A stretch of 64,000 bases of DNA from Epiperipatus broadwayi (lineage: Eukaryota; Animalia; Onychophora), in contig JAQFVV010000002.1 of the NCBI GenBank assembly GCA_028023455.1, positions 3,596,001 to 3,660,000 of the forward strand, read 5' to 3'. Numbering within the stretch: the first letter of the stretch is position 1; each line of letters starts with the position of its first letter. Below, one piece after another: positions 38,130 through 51,570 of the stretch. The notes under the pieces are model-generated. The model made no database searches, was not told the DNA's origin, and saw nothing but the letters and a program-made list of their open reading frames with translations. The translations under genes were made by a program, and so were the position numbers.

Positions 38130-40430
38130 TCTTATGCTAGAGCATAACTGATGAGTGGTTTCTATATATTATATATAGTCACATTAAATTGACTTATGGG
38201 GTTATTTACTATTATCATGTGAACAGTTTACCTTCTCCTCTCTAGCCAATATTTTTTTTTCCAATTGGATATGTTCATTGGTACATACATGGTCTATTTT
38301 AGAAACATCTATTTTCTCTCTTCTAACTAGAAGTTTGTGCTCTTGCAATTGCTTTTCAATATAGTAACTAGTCTCACCAATATATATTCTTCCACATTCA
38401 TGTGGTATTTCATAGATAGTTTTTGCTTTCTAGCATTTCAAGTTTAGCCTTTGTAGATGTTAGAATATTTCATAGTGTGGTATGGCTTTGGAAAGTGATT
38501 CTGATGTTATACTGATTGCTGATTTTCCTTAATTTGTCTGCAATTTTTATATGTATGAATACACTACAGTACCAATAATGTTTTTATGGGTCTTTTTGTT
38601 GTATATTTAAGGTTTCTTAAAACTACCCGACGGTAACAATTTTTCATAAGAGATTTGTTTCATATAGAACTTTTCTTTTTCAAATTGAAAAGTTTCTGAA
38701 CAAACTTCTTTTATTCTGTTTTATAGTGATCATATAACTCAATGTTTTGTGTTTCTAGTGTGATTGGATGTATATGCTAAGTATTTTCCTATATATGTGG
38801 GCTTTCTCTAAACTGTAGTTTTGATTTTTCCATGAGGGAGTCTTGTCACAAGAACATCTAAGAATGCTAATTTTTGTTCTTGTTCTTTATTGTGAATTTA
38901 ATTGAAGGGAATATGTTGTTGATGGGTTTCCAGAAAGTTTGTACTAGTTCTCCACCATGTAGCCATATGACAACTGCATCATCAACATAGCAAAACCAAA
39001 CTTGAAGTATATATGGAGTAATCTTTATGGCTGTGGTTATAAGTTCTTTCATGTAAATAATGTTAATCAGGGGTGAGAATGATGAGCCCACATCCACTAC
39101 TTGATTTTGTTGGAAGAATTTTATGTTGCATCAAAGAAATATTGTTGTTATACAGAATGTTAATAGTTCCATTGTACTACCAACAGGAAGTTTTTCTGGT
39201 TTGTAAGCAATATATTATCATGAGCTATTCTGGTTTGTAAGCTATTATTGCTAAATGTCTAGAATCCCTGACAAAGAACTGAGTCTATTATGCCAAAATA
39301 CTAAAAACATTGAAAAAAAAATCATGAAAAATTTTGCAAGGTGAATTTCTAGAACTAACAATAGGTCTTAATGGAACCCAATTCTTATGAATTTTAGGTA
39401 GACCATAAAGATGGGGAATTTTGTTGAAATATGATGGTAGTTTACTTATTTTTGAATCACTGAAGTACCAGCAATCTTTCTGATCAATACTTGTAACTTT
39501 GTTTTTATACTCACTATTGGATTTCTTACCATGTTTCTATACTGGCCTACTCTGAGGAGTTTTTGTATTTTGATGTCATATTCAATTGTATCTATTACAC
39601 GTTGCACCCATTATAACTGTTGCATTGTTTTTGTCAGCAGGGATAATGATTATACATTTATCTACTTTTAATGCTTTAATTGCTTTCATATCATCATAGA
39701 ATATGTTTGTTTTCAATTTCTCAAATGTTATTTTTATTTTCCAGTGTAATTCTGCTTCTTCTTTTAAAGTCAATTTTTGAGTGACTTCCTCAGTGGCTGC
39801 CATTATATCTAACAAAGGGATATTAAATGGTGTGATGGCAAAGTTTAACCCTTTTTTAAAAACAGGAGTTTCAGATTGAGATGTTTAGAACTGAACCTTT
39901 TAACAGATGAAGCTGGTACACTGCTTTGTTCATTATGACTTTTGATATGCCCATGTAGGTTTGCAAGTATTTTCTTTTGACATTGGTTTTAATTTTCCAT
40001 GTAATGTAGAATATTATTTTTTACTGCTTGAAAAACTCTTGTAAGACTTCATCAGTAACTTTATTTATTAGAAAATATTCTAGATTATTAATGGAATGCA
40101 AGCTTTGATACTTGTAAAACTTTTAAGCATTTATTCTTTCTCTTAACAAAGATTCACTTGATCTCTATGTAATTTTCTCAGCTCTCCAGAAATGAATTGG
40201 AGGTTTTAGTTGCAAACTCTTAAGAATTATCCCTTTAAATTTACCTTTACATAAGAAAGAATGATTTTCTACTTTGTCCAGTTTTAGATATAATTTTTCA
40301 TAATGTCTAAAGTTCGATGTAGTATCAGGCCCATACCGAATACTAATAGTTTTCCTGAAGGATAGTGACAACAGTATTTTAGTTGTAATTACATATTAGA
40401 TTATTTCCATCATCTAATATTAGGTATTGA
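38130..40430 (-). mobile_element. Penelope-like element, near full-length, frameshifted
   Basis: Minus: IIIIPADKNNATVIM (PLE ADKG motif), MDVGSSFSP...WFCYVDD...FPSIKFT (RT), IPHECGRIYIGETS...LQEHK (GIY-YIG, ~38350-38410) and the N-terminal ORF 40165-40371. Confidence 0.85.
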
Positions 40431-40432
40431 GT

Positions 40433-40552
40433 TAAATTTTCCAATTATATTCAACTGTTAGTAATATCATGCAGGTTAGAATATGCACAATGTTGCACAT
40501 ATATTAACCTGTATGCTATTACTAACAGTTGAAATGTAAGTGGAAAATTGAA
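40433..40552. repeat. Imperfect palindrome of family B sequence at the 5' end of the PLE
   Basis: TTTTCCAATTATATTCAACTGTTAGTAATATCATGCAGGTTA is approximately the reverse complement of TAACCTGTATGCTATTACTAACAGTTGAAATGTAAGTGGAAAA. Confidence 0.8.
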
Positions 40553-43035
40553 ATAAAATCAAAGTTTTCTAAAGATTCAATACTTAATATTAGATTAAGA
40601 AAGTAGTCCAATACATAAATACAACTTTATAAAAATTAGTCAAACAGTAACAAAACAAAGAGAAACAAAAGTTATATCAACAAATTTCAGCTTCATTTGA
40701 ATTGAAGCATAGGACCCACTGAATTTACAACAATAGATCACAAGTCATATATCTATGAATAAATTATAACACAGAAATGATCATTTTATTTTATGGAGCT
40801 ATTCTTCAATATATTCTGTGAAAGAGGTATTCTTAGAAGTTTCTTGACAACCTCTTCTTAATTATCCAGAATATATATATATAATACTAGTATTAAATAT
40901 AAGGCAGTCAATAATTGTTCTTTGAAAGTAAAAGAATGAGAATTTTGCATTAATTTATGATTGGTGTTATCACTTAATTAATTGATGTGGGTAAAATAGG
41001 AGGTTTTACATAATTTAAAAGTAATTATATATTTTAATATTATTTCTTTATTAAATAAATTTGTCATAATGGGAAACTCATATATAATTATTATATAGAT
41101 TTAGATAATGGGTTAACATGAGATTATAAAGAAATTAATTGCTCTTTTTTATGATTCTAAGACTCAAGCATGTTTATAATTATGTTAATAGTAACATTAT
41201 TATTAAAAGAGTAATACTGTTTATTTTCTATTGACCTAAATTTTAATATTAAATTTTATCATAATTGTATTAGTTGATATTTTGTGAAATAAAACATTAG
41301 TATTTTTATTTAATAACTTACTATAATAAAATTACTTTTCAAATATATTTTTATTAATATTATTATTAAATTTATATTTAGTTTTATACAATAATATTTT
41401 TTTTTACAGTTTGTGTTTTCATCTTTAATATATTAATAATTACTATAGTCTTTTGCTTTTATGATCTGGAATTCCAGGGTAAAATAATAATTTCAAAAAT
41501 TCAGTGAAGTTTATCTTGGAAATGTAATACAAAATATTTACAACATATAAGTTAAAACTTTTTACTAAATACAGTTGTACAGATATAATAATGAGATATG
41601 TAGGTTTATGCTTGCTCTCAACTTAAAGTAAAGCTGTGGTGCTTGAGATAATTTATTAAGCTGTTAACTATATGATATATAATATTGTTTCTAAATTAGT
41701 AATCTTTTAGATTGAAGTATTGTTTAGTGTATTCAAACAACTATCATCAGTACCTTAGCATAATACCCCATCATTACAATTGGCACTTAAAGTGACTCAG
41801 CTAATAGTAGATACTAGATTTCAGACAGTACCACCTTGTGCTGTTATTTAAATTGGAATCTTCAATTTTCCATTACATTGTACACTGTATTTGAAAGAAA
41901 ATCACTTTCAGATGAATTAAAATGTCATGACACAAATCTATATTTCTCAGATTTTTAATATAATGTTATATGAATAAGTTTATTGATTAACATATTACAT
42001 AGATTCTATTTAAGATATGTAATTAAGTATGTCATGTTATATTTTCAAAGCATAACTATTTTATTGTATTACCATATAATAAATAAAAAATGCAATTAAC
42101 ATGTCTATAGATATTTTTATAATTAAAAAAAAATCCGGCCACTTTTTCATATTAACATTAAATTTGGAACTAGTCAAAATAATACCTTTTTATACTTGCA
42201 ACGTATATTTATAAGAGGAGTGGAGTATATTTTCCTTATGTAATCTGAAGATTGTAGAAAATTAAAGTACTTGATAAAATTTATTGATATTGACAATTAT
42301 CTTTATTGATATTATTAGTGTAATATTTTTTAATAATATGTGATTTAGTTGTAAAAAGTTGAAATATATTTTTTTCAATCATTAATAGAAAAACTGTTAC
42401 ATTACTGTTATTTGTATGGTGTTCATTATTTTAAATTCTGTTTGCAGAAATATATTTGATGTTTTATATTGCTTCCAGTGTTGAAGTCCAAGTTTTTACT
42501 GATAAAGATAAGAATCAGAAAATAGTTTGATGGTGGGAATTAAATTGCATTAACATTTGCTAACCTCTAATTACTCAAAATTATAGTAGGTGGTTTTAGA
42601 GAAGAAAACAAACTGTTTTTGTTTATAATATTATAGTAAGGAAAATAATCAAGTGATGTCACATTTGTATTAAATAATATGGTTTTATAAAAGCATGTAA
42701 TTGCTGTGATACTCAAGTTGCAAGATTTTGTACTCAAAATCTTAGGTAGCTTATTAATTGCATATATTGAGATCATGTAAAATAGAATACACCATACATT
42801 CGAGGCATAAGATAGCATTATATATGACTGATTTTAGTAAACTATATTTATAAGTACAAACAGCAGTTATTTAAGGATATTTTATTTTATCTATAAGTTT
42901 AAATAATAATTTGTTAAAATATTTATATATTACTCAAAAACTGTTCTACTAAAAGAACTATCTAATCATTAAGCTATTTCTATAAATATATGGATACCAC
43001 TTTCCAGTCTTAATAACCAATTACATAATTAATAC

Positions 43036-43144
43036 ATTTACATTCGAATATCAGCCTTTCAAGCTAATTGTGCAAATGCTTTGCGAGTGTTAATAATAAA
43101 GCGTTTGCACAATTAGCTTGAAAGGCTGATATTCGAATGTAAAT
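43036..43144. repeat. Hairpin: 47-bp arms (1 transition), 15-nt spacer
   Basis: ATTTACATTCGAATATCAGCCTTTCAAGCTAATTGTGCAAATGCTTT / AAAGCGTTTGCACAATTAGCTTGAAAGGCTGATATTCGAATGTAAAT. Confidence 0.9.
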
Positions 43145-43811
43145 ACAATTGTATATACACGCTATATAAAATAAATGCTTATTTATAATTAATACATTAT
43201 AAAATTATATTTTATAATACTATAAATGAAAGTATTTAAGAACTTTCTATTAGTTCATTATTTAATTAAGATATAAATTATTATATAATAGTCAAATTCT
43301 GAATTTAAATCTATGACAAGTTTCATAGGACTGGTTTCAGGAAAACTACTTTATCAATTATGCCAAGCCTCAATATTACTTAAAGTAGGAATTCAGTTTT
43401 ATTTATAATAAATAAATATATATATTGCTTTATTTCACAGTGTTAAAGCACATACATTCATAATATTATAAAATTTAATTCTATAATATATTAATTACAT
43501 AATTGGTTGTAGTACATGCATCTTTAATTCAATTGTTGAGTTTTACACAAAAATAAAGTTAGAATATGTTTATGTAATGCTTATTAAATGTGTAAAGGAA
43601 AACACATGAATAATTGTAAATTTCATAAAACAAATGATCTTCTCTTTACACATGCACATATATGACAATGGCAAAAGATCCCATAAGCCAACATAGTGTG
43701 ACTATACATAATGTATGAAAAACACTAATCAACTTTGCTCTTAGGAAAAAGTGGAGAAATCAGGAGATACCTCATAGATAAGTATATGAAATTTCTATCT
43801 ACTATTGCCTT

Positions 43812-44110
43812 TGGCAGGATGCTCAGTTGGTTAGAGTGTTACCTTAAAATTCAGTAATCAAGAATATAAGGACCCAAAATACCTCTTGAAACATTGTGCA
43901 TATACTAACCTGTTTGTTATGATTTTACTAACAGTTGGTGCATATACTCACATGTTTCCTGTGATATTACTAACAGTTTGGTGCATATACTAATATGTTT
44001 GCTGTAATATTACTAACAGTTGAATGGAATATTTTTAAAAAATCAAACTTTTCTAAAGACATTCAACACACATATAAATGATGAAAATAGTCCAATATAA
44101 AAATACAGCT
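43812..44110 (+). mobile_element. Family B repeat with a tRNA-like A-box head and 3 tandem ~41-bp subrepeats
   Basis: TGCTCAGTTGGTTAGAG head; GTGCATATACT...TTACTAACAGTT occurs three times; the downstream part matches 40495-40625. Confidence 0.6.
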
Positions 44111-46099
44111 AGAACACCATCATCACAAACTTTCAAGAAAACACATATTAAAAGATAGTTTGTAAAAAGAAAAGAAACTGCTTATAATTTCTACTTATCC
44201 ACAATGCGTGTTTGTTAAGTATATATATCATAACATATAATAGTTGTGTGTGCTTCAACTTTTACACTTTGAAATAATGGGTGTTTTGTATCTTCAAAGT
44301 TCATGATTCAGCAAATAGCTTTTATATCATATCTTAATTAAATAATCAGCTAAACAGGGCATGCTTTCATTCATAATATATATATAATCATAATCTGTAG
44401 TAATATACTGTACTCACATCTGAGTTTACAGGTATTGCTTTTATTCAAATATTTTTCTTTATTATGTATAATGAAATATTAAAAGTCATGTATATAGAAT
44501 AAATTTTAAAGTGTTTTTAAAATGATAACAATAAGTGTAAAACTAAAATATACTATAATTTTTTTTTATTTTAAAATAATATTACTATTTTAAATAAAAA
44601 ATGTTGCTATAGAAACAAATCATAAATGACTTTGAGGATTTTGAGGATAAAATAAAAACACTAAAAATGATTGTATTTCCTAGAAGGGGGGAAACGATTG
44701 TTACTTCTTCATCACGCATTTTACTACATAGAAATCAATAAAATTTGTAAGGATTATTTAAATAAATATCATGCATTTTATGGAATAGAGAACTCTCCAG
44801 AATACTTTCCCTAATATTTCCAGCATTGTAGCTGAATATGGAGCTATAAAAAATGGAATGCCTTAAAATTAACTTTGATCCTGCCAATCTGTTCATCACT
44901 ATTCATTACTGAGAAATATTTGACATTTAGTTGCTACAAAAAAAACTAGCCATATAAAGTGATTATCCCATAGAAATGTACTTTGATAATTAATCTGCAA
45001 ATCCACCTATTTTAAATGCTCAGAAGAAAATTGTAATGGAAAGCCTCAATAGAAACTGCTATGGAATGAACCAAAAGAAGCTAAAATGTTAATGATTAAT
45101 AGCTATATTCCCACATTTATAGAGACAAAAATATATATGAGCTCACAAAGACATTAAGATAATTAACTGAATTTTCTATAGCTATTCTCAATGAATTGTT
45201 GTAAACTACAAAGTTACTTTTCCTTCTCACATGTGATCATCATATAATTTTTTAAGTGTAAATGTAAATACTTTTTTTTTATCATATAATTCTATTTATA
45301 TATAAAGTTATTGATTTTGATAATTTATAATGTTATTGTTGTTTGTTATTTCTCATCTGATCCAAGCTGATTATAATGTAACAAAGTATTAGATAGAGGG
45401 TGGGGGGAGGGTGACAATCAGGAAATATAATTTAATCTGCATGGAAACTTGTTTCTATGTATGTTAAATTTGATTGTTGCTTGTGACTATTATAGATTTG
45501 TCAATTAAAAATAACTTGTATGTAGTCACTCCACCATGTACACAATCACCCATTTTAAACTTCCCCAGACTAGAATTAATTCACAAATATTGTATTTTTT
45601 TATTTTATTGTTAACTTGAGTATTACCAATTGTCAAAAGGCAGTTACAATTACATTTGGAGACCTGGTTTCAGGATTCTCTTGATTAAAACAAACAGGGA
45701 TTGAACCCAGTTTAGTTTTAAAATATTTTTTTTATATTAGTATTTAAAAAATATAAATTAGTCATTGAAACATGAAATATAAATATTTGGTCAGATGAGA
45801 AATACAATCATTTATTTTGTTATAAATAAAACCAATCAATAAGCTCATAAGTGTCTTAGTCAGTGATAGTAATAGAAATGGGTTGGTAGAGATAATAGTA
45901 ATATAAAAATAAATAAAATAAGCATTAAAATGCCTTGCAGTTTTAGTAAAGTTACATGATGGAAAGATGTGTGAGCATTCTAGTAATAAAATAATAAAAA
46001 AAATATTAGAATTTTTATATATTTTTAAAATTTTTTTATTGAAAAGTGAGTAGCAAAATTTATTATAAATTTGTATTTATGATTATCCAAGTTAAACAA

Positions 46100-47300
46100 A
46101 AAAGGAAGCTCATGAAAGTAAATCTAAGACTCATAATAGTGAATTTACAAACACGATCATGAACATGTTCACAGAATTGAATAAAAAAAATCAAAAAACA
46201 AAGTGAGGATCTTAAAAAAAAAAAATAAAAGAGAACATGGAAAGCATGTTAACAGAAATGAAAAGTCAAATATAAGAGCAAAACACAAAATTGAATAGAA
46301 AGTGTGAAAAACAAAGTGAAGATCTTAAAACACAAAATAAGGAAATTAAAGAGATCATAGAAAGCATACTTAAACAAAATACAGAAAATAAAGAGAACAT
46401 GGAAAACATGTTTACAGAAATGAAAAATCAAATTGAGAGTGAGACAAAAGAAAACAAAAAAACTTTATATAGCAATTAACTGAGTAACTGAATAATTGCA
46501 TGGGGTACATGAAGAAATAAAAATAGAAAATAGGCAAGGATGGACTCAAGTAAAGGTAGAAATCAATTATTTGACTTAAGCAATTGAAAATATTCAAATA
46601 AAACGTGAGAGTCAAATTAAAAAGCAGAAAAAGATAGCAAAAAGATTAGTGAAAATAAAGCTAGATATAAAAGAAAAGAAAATCTCATCTAAAGTAAACT
46701 TGGCTATAGGAAAATTAAATATTGTACATGAAAATAGCCAACCAGATGTTAGTAGGGATGCATACACAAATGTTGGTACATGGGTATCTAATTCTAATCC
46801 AATATTGTCAATCAATTTTTAAAAATTAGGATTTTTTCAGGACATGCAGGAGAGGCTCCAACTGAGTATATTAGCAGTTTAGAAAGATATTTTGGTTTAA
46901 ATAAATTTAGTAAACCGACTATTATGATAGCTTGTAGCCATCTCCAAAGCACATCTCAAGCATGGTGAGAATCATTGTTTGACAAACCTGTAAATTTTTA
47001 CCAGTTTAAACAGGCTCTGTTAAATTCCTATTGGAATGTGGATTGTCAAAATGGGATCAAACACTATACTGACCAATAGGAATGCAGACTTGGAAAGGTA
47101 TTCATTTTACGTTTTTGATGGCAAGTAGCCAAATTAAGAGCCTTGTCACTGATCATCTATCTGAAAGCTAGATTATATTTAGGCATACTTCCCCTAATTA
47201 CATTGAACAGATGCTAATAGGAACTGATAGAAAAACTGCAGAACAGATAGATGTATTACTCAATGCATTTGATAGCAACATACCTGAAAATGATGGCAAT
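46100..47300 (+). pseudogene. gag-like relic (coiled-coil N-terminus + capsid-like domain)
   Basis: Coiled-coil ORF 46291-46479. From 46834: FSGHAGEAPTEYISSLERYFGLNKFSKPTIMIACSHLQSTSQAW*ESL...FYQFKQALLNSYW (retrotransposon gag pattern). Confidence 0.65.
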
Positions 47301-49989
47301 CAAGAATAGGGATTTAAACTCCAAAACAGAGAGCCATATAAAAGGGGATCTGAATACCAGTCATTAGCTATAAAAAGCCATGGTATAAAGGGAGACCTGA
47401 AGACCAACCTTCATGGATAACTACACAAAAAAGATTAACCAGTAATACCACTTGTACCAATAGGATAAGAATTATTCATCAAACTGGAAGTGGAACTGAT
47501 ATTAATAATGGGAAATATTACTATCAATCTAGTTATGAACCGATCTTCTTCTAGAAAAATATATCACACTTCTGATAAAGCTATTTTAAAAATGTGTAAT
47601 GATAAGATAGATAGTGAGGAGAGAAAGTATTTAGAGAGAGGCAAAGTTTAACTCTTCTATGAATAAGAATGATCACTAGGTTGATAACTCTGGAATTGTT
47701 AATGGGTACTTGATATAGGAGAATGGGCAAATATTTTCTATAGTACACATTACAAAAGTAGATGCTATTGAGCATCAGAGAAAAATATCTAGTTTTAAAA
47801 AATAAATGGTACTGTTCATATAAGATCATGGCAAATGAACTAGGTATATTAATGGTATTCCATTTAATAATGAAAGGTTGTTAAAAAAAATTGAAATACT
47901 GCCTTTATACTCTAAATGTTTGATAGAAGTTTTAGAATTATTGTGTTATATTTAAATCAGGCTAATATACAAATTTTATACTCTACTTTCCAACAGTTTC
48001 AGTAAATAAATAATTAAAAAAACAAAAAACAAAACATCAGTGCTCAGAATTTATATAATATTATTGTAATCTTTGCATAGTTGATATATCGTGTAAACAA
48101 AAACACTACATCATTTGAAACCAAATTTAATTTTATGAGCTTATCAATGGTTGGACATGTTGCTTTCTGTATTGATGATGAATTTAGAGTGTTTCATTGT
48201 TTAGCAGTTATGTTTTATTGATACTTCAGAGTTCTTGTATCAGAATTGTTCCCAACCATATTTTTATATTTGTCAGCTTCTTAAGTCTCAAGAGTGAACT
48301 AGGCATAGTAGTATATTTGTTAGCTTTTAATTTTCAAAAGTGAGCAAGGCTAATTTTTTATATTTGTCAGCATCCAAGCTAAACATAGTCTTATATTTGT
48401 CAGGCTCTAAGTCTCAAAAATGAGCCAGACATATTTTGATATTTGTTAGTCACTAAATCTGGTAGTATATCAAGGCTTTATTTAAATGTATTGTTCATTA
48501 TAAGGTTTGGTTGATATTATGCTTGTGCTCAAGAAACTCTCTTGGTGTTCACATTGCATGATGCAGTCATTGTAAGTGGGAGATTTCTTTGTTTGCCCCA
48601 ACATTGCAGGTGGATAATCAAGTCCAATAAATAATTTTTATTGAATTAATGAAATAAAGTTTTTTATATGCATACCAATGTAATGGATTTGTAAATGTCA
48701 TCTAGACTAAGGATAATATTATTTGTTAAGTTCACACTAGCTTGTAAGTTTGTTTCCAAAAAAGTATGTCTAAGCATGACATTATTGTAAAATTAAAACA
48801 AAATTAAATTAGAAATAAAATTGAATGAGGTTTATGACTAAATCAGCTCTATTTCATTCCTAAATGGAGGAAGGTCAAATATAACCCTCACATCTGAGTT
48901 TACAGGCATTGCTTTTATGTGAATATTTTTTCTTTATTATTTGTAATGAAATATTTAAAAGCTATATAGAAAGAATAAATTTTAAAGTGTTTTTAAAATA
49001 ATAACAATAATTATAAAACTAAAATATATTACTAATTTTTTTATTTTCAAATATTATTATTTTAAATAAAAAAAACTTTGCTATAGAAACCAGTCACAAA
49101 TGACTTGAGGGTCAAAATAAACACACTAAAATTACTGCCTTTCCACGAAGGGAGGGAACAACCATTACTTATTCATCATGTCTTTTACTATATAGAAGTC
49201 AATAAAATGTATAAGGATTATTTAAGTGAATATCATGTATTTTATGAGTAGAGAACTACCCAGAATTCTTTTCCTAATATTTCCAGCATTGTAGCTTAAT
49301 ATGGAGTTGAAAACGAAGAAATGCCTTAAAATTAACTTTGATCCTTCCGATTTGTTCATCACTATTCAATGCTGAAGAAATATTTGACATTTACTTGATA
49401 CAAGAAGAAAACTAGTCATCTAAAGTGATTATTTCATAGAAATGTACTTCTATAATTAATCCGTGAATCTATCTATTACAAATTCTCAGAAGAAAATTGA
49501 AATGGAAAACCTCATAGAAAAATTCAATATAATGAACCAAAATAAGCTAAAATGTTAATATTGCTAAAAGACATTAAAAATTAATAATTAATGGCCATAT
49601 TCTCACATTTGTGGAGACAAGGACATTAAAGTAATTAACTGAACTTTCTATGGCTATTCCCAATGACTTATGGTAAGCTACAAAGTTTTGCTTCCCTCTC
49701 ATGCATGATCGTCATATAATTTTTAAGTGTAAATATGAGAATACATTTTTTTATTATCATATAATTCTATTTATATATAAGGTTATTATTGTTGTTAATA
49801 ATTTTGTTATTTGTCATTTCTCATCAGAAGTCCATGCTGATTATTTATTTTGTTAATGTAATAAAGTATTAGGTGGAGAGGGGTAACAATCAGAAAATAT
49901 AATTGAATCTGCATGGAAACTTGTTTCTATGTATGTTCAATTTGATCGCTGTTTGTGACTATTATAGATTTGCCAATAAAAAATAAGTC

Positions 49990-50081
49990 AAGCATTGGTG
50001 GCCTAGCGGTTAGCATAGCTGCCTTCTAAGCAGCTGGCTCGGGTTAGCTTCCCAGTCAACGCTTTGACATATAAAAAAAAA
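49990..50081 (+). mobile_element. tRNA-Gly(TCC)-derived SINE inserted in the second LTR
   Basis: GCATTGGTGGCCTAGCGGTTAGCATAGCTGCCTTCTAAGCAGCTGGCTCGGGTTAGCTTCCCAGTCAACGC closely follows the eukaryotic tRNA-Gly(TCC) pattern. It has a TGACATATAAAA tail and an AAAAAATAAGT duplication. The site is empty in the first LTR (~45510). Confidence 0.85.
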
Positions 50082-50239
50082 TAAGTAGTATGTAGTCGCT
50101 CTAACATTTACATGGTTAACCGTTAGTTATCTTTAAACTCTCCTAAACTAAAATTAATTTGCAAATATTATATTTTTTCCACTTTATTGTTAACTTAATT
50201 ATTACCAATTGTCAAAGTTGCTCTCTCATTAAATTCCCA

Positions 50240-51570
50240 TTTGATGACCTATGTAACATGATCAAAAATTCAAACATAGCAGATACAATCTACAAGATAT
50301 CTAATCATCCAAACGATAGATACATTTCTATAGAATTCATGAGCTGGGCGAATATTTATTTGTTACATAGACTTAAACTGGGCTAATGTCTTGTCTGGCA
50401 GAATCAAGAACTGCATACATGGCTTAGATGAGAATAGACTACAAGAAATACTGTCACCCTTTGGTAAGGTCAACAGATTCAAATACCTGCCACAAGACAA
50501 AGCTGGGTTACAGATTTTTTCAAATATAGCCTCATTTGAACTACACCTGAAACAAGGCAGTAACCCAAGTGATATTCCAACAGTAGTTAAATGCATGGGA
50601 CAACCAATGATCCTAACTTTTTTTGGTATAAGGCCTCAATGCTTCTACTGTGGTCTAAGAACACACCTTATCAGAGACTGTGTTGCAAGTTCTGTGAACT
50701 ATGTGGCATCAAAAAGAACAGATATCACAAATGCAGCCAGCAGATTAAATACAATGCAACCAGTGTGGCTAATCAGACCAAACAATCACTCAACCAGTCA
50801 ACAGCAACAGAACAATTTAATCAAATGAATGAACAATACAGAATTACTCAAAAACCATCCAAGAAATCCTATCAGAAATCACTTCAAACTTACTCAAACA
50901 CTCCAAAACAACAGAATAAAAAAAACTGCAATACAAACTCCAATCAAAACATAAATAAGCAAACTACCTCAAATAAAACTAATCATGAAACAGACAACAA
51001 ATCTCTCACAAATACTATCCAAAACAGATCATGTGAAACTGAATCTGATCCTACTAAAATAACAAAAGCAATCCCTTCTCCTAAACACAAGCATAGTCAG
51101 ACCCTGGTCTGTCTAATAACCAAAATCAGACAACACAATTAAATTAATACAACAGAGAAGAAACCAAAAAACCCAGCCTAACAGATGAAGAAACAGAAAT
51201 GGACACTTCAAATCAAAACCCCCAAAATAAAAAAAGGAAATCTTCAGGAATGCAAAAAGTTAGTTCAGAAGATGATACACAAATAAAGCATATGCCAACA
51301 AATGCACAAAATCAAGATGCATCACACAACACAAACTTATATGGAAAATTGCCAGCTGTGGAGAAAAAGCGTAAAAAAACAACACCTGAAAACCACCTTT
51401 CTCCACACAACAACAAAGATAAGCCAGATTCTGAACAATATCCTCCATTCTGCACCAATAACCTATTACAAGACTCACTGCCAATAAATATAGATATATC
51501 TCATGAACCAGGAAAAAATCATACTGCGGTAGATAATAATGCTACAGTTAACCACATTTATGAAATGTAA
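50240..51570 (+). pseudogene. LINE ORF1 (RRM-like region, CCHC knuckle, low-complexity tail), disrupted
   Basis: LQEILSPFGKV and CFYCGLRTHLIRDC (CX2CX4HX4C) in ORF 50391-50828; N/Q/T/K-rich ORFs 50591-51142 and 51199-51570. Confidence 0.8.

Larger units (their letters stand above)
44400..50215 (+). mobile_element. Decayed, pol-deleted Ty3/gypsy-like LTR retrotransposon (LTRs ~44400-45654 and ~48875-50215)
   Basis: Two ~1.2-kb direct repeats flank a gag-like segment. ACA-TT-TGGAGACC (PBS-like, 45657) follows the first repeat and GGAGGAAGG (PPT-like, 48866-48874) precedes the second. Confidence 0.65.

Noticed and set aside
38148-38165. CTGATGAG near the 3' end of the second PLE
   Set aside because: It lies on the strand opposite the element and has no stem II/GAAA downstream; it is part of a simple hairpin.
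49992-50063. Functional tRNA-Gly/Arg gene
   Set aside because: T-loop is altered (GGTTAGC), the anticodon is changed to TCT, and there are stem mismatches, a poly(A) tail and a TSD. It is a retroposed SINE copy.
49990-50230. tRNA-targeted (Tx1-style) insertion of the LINE
   Set aside because: The LINE starts ~140 bp past the SINE, within LTR sequence; no target specificity is demonstrable from one copy.
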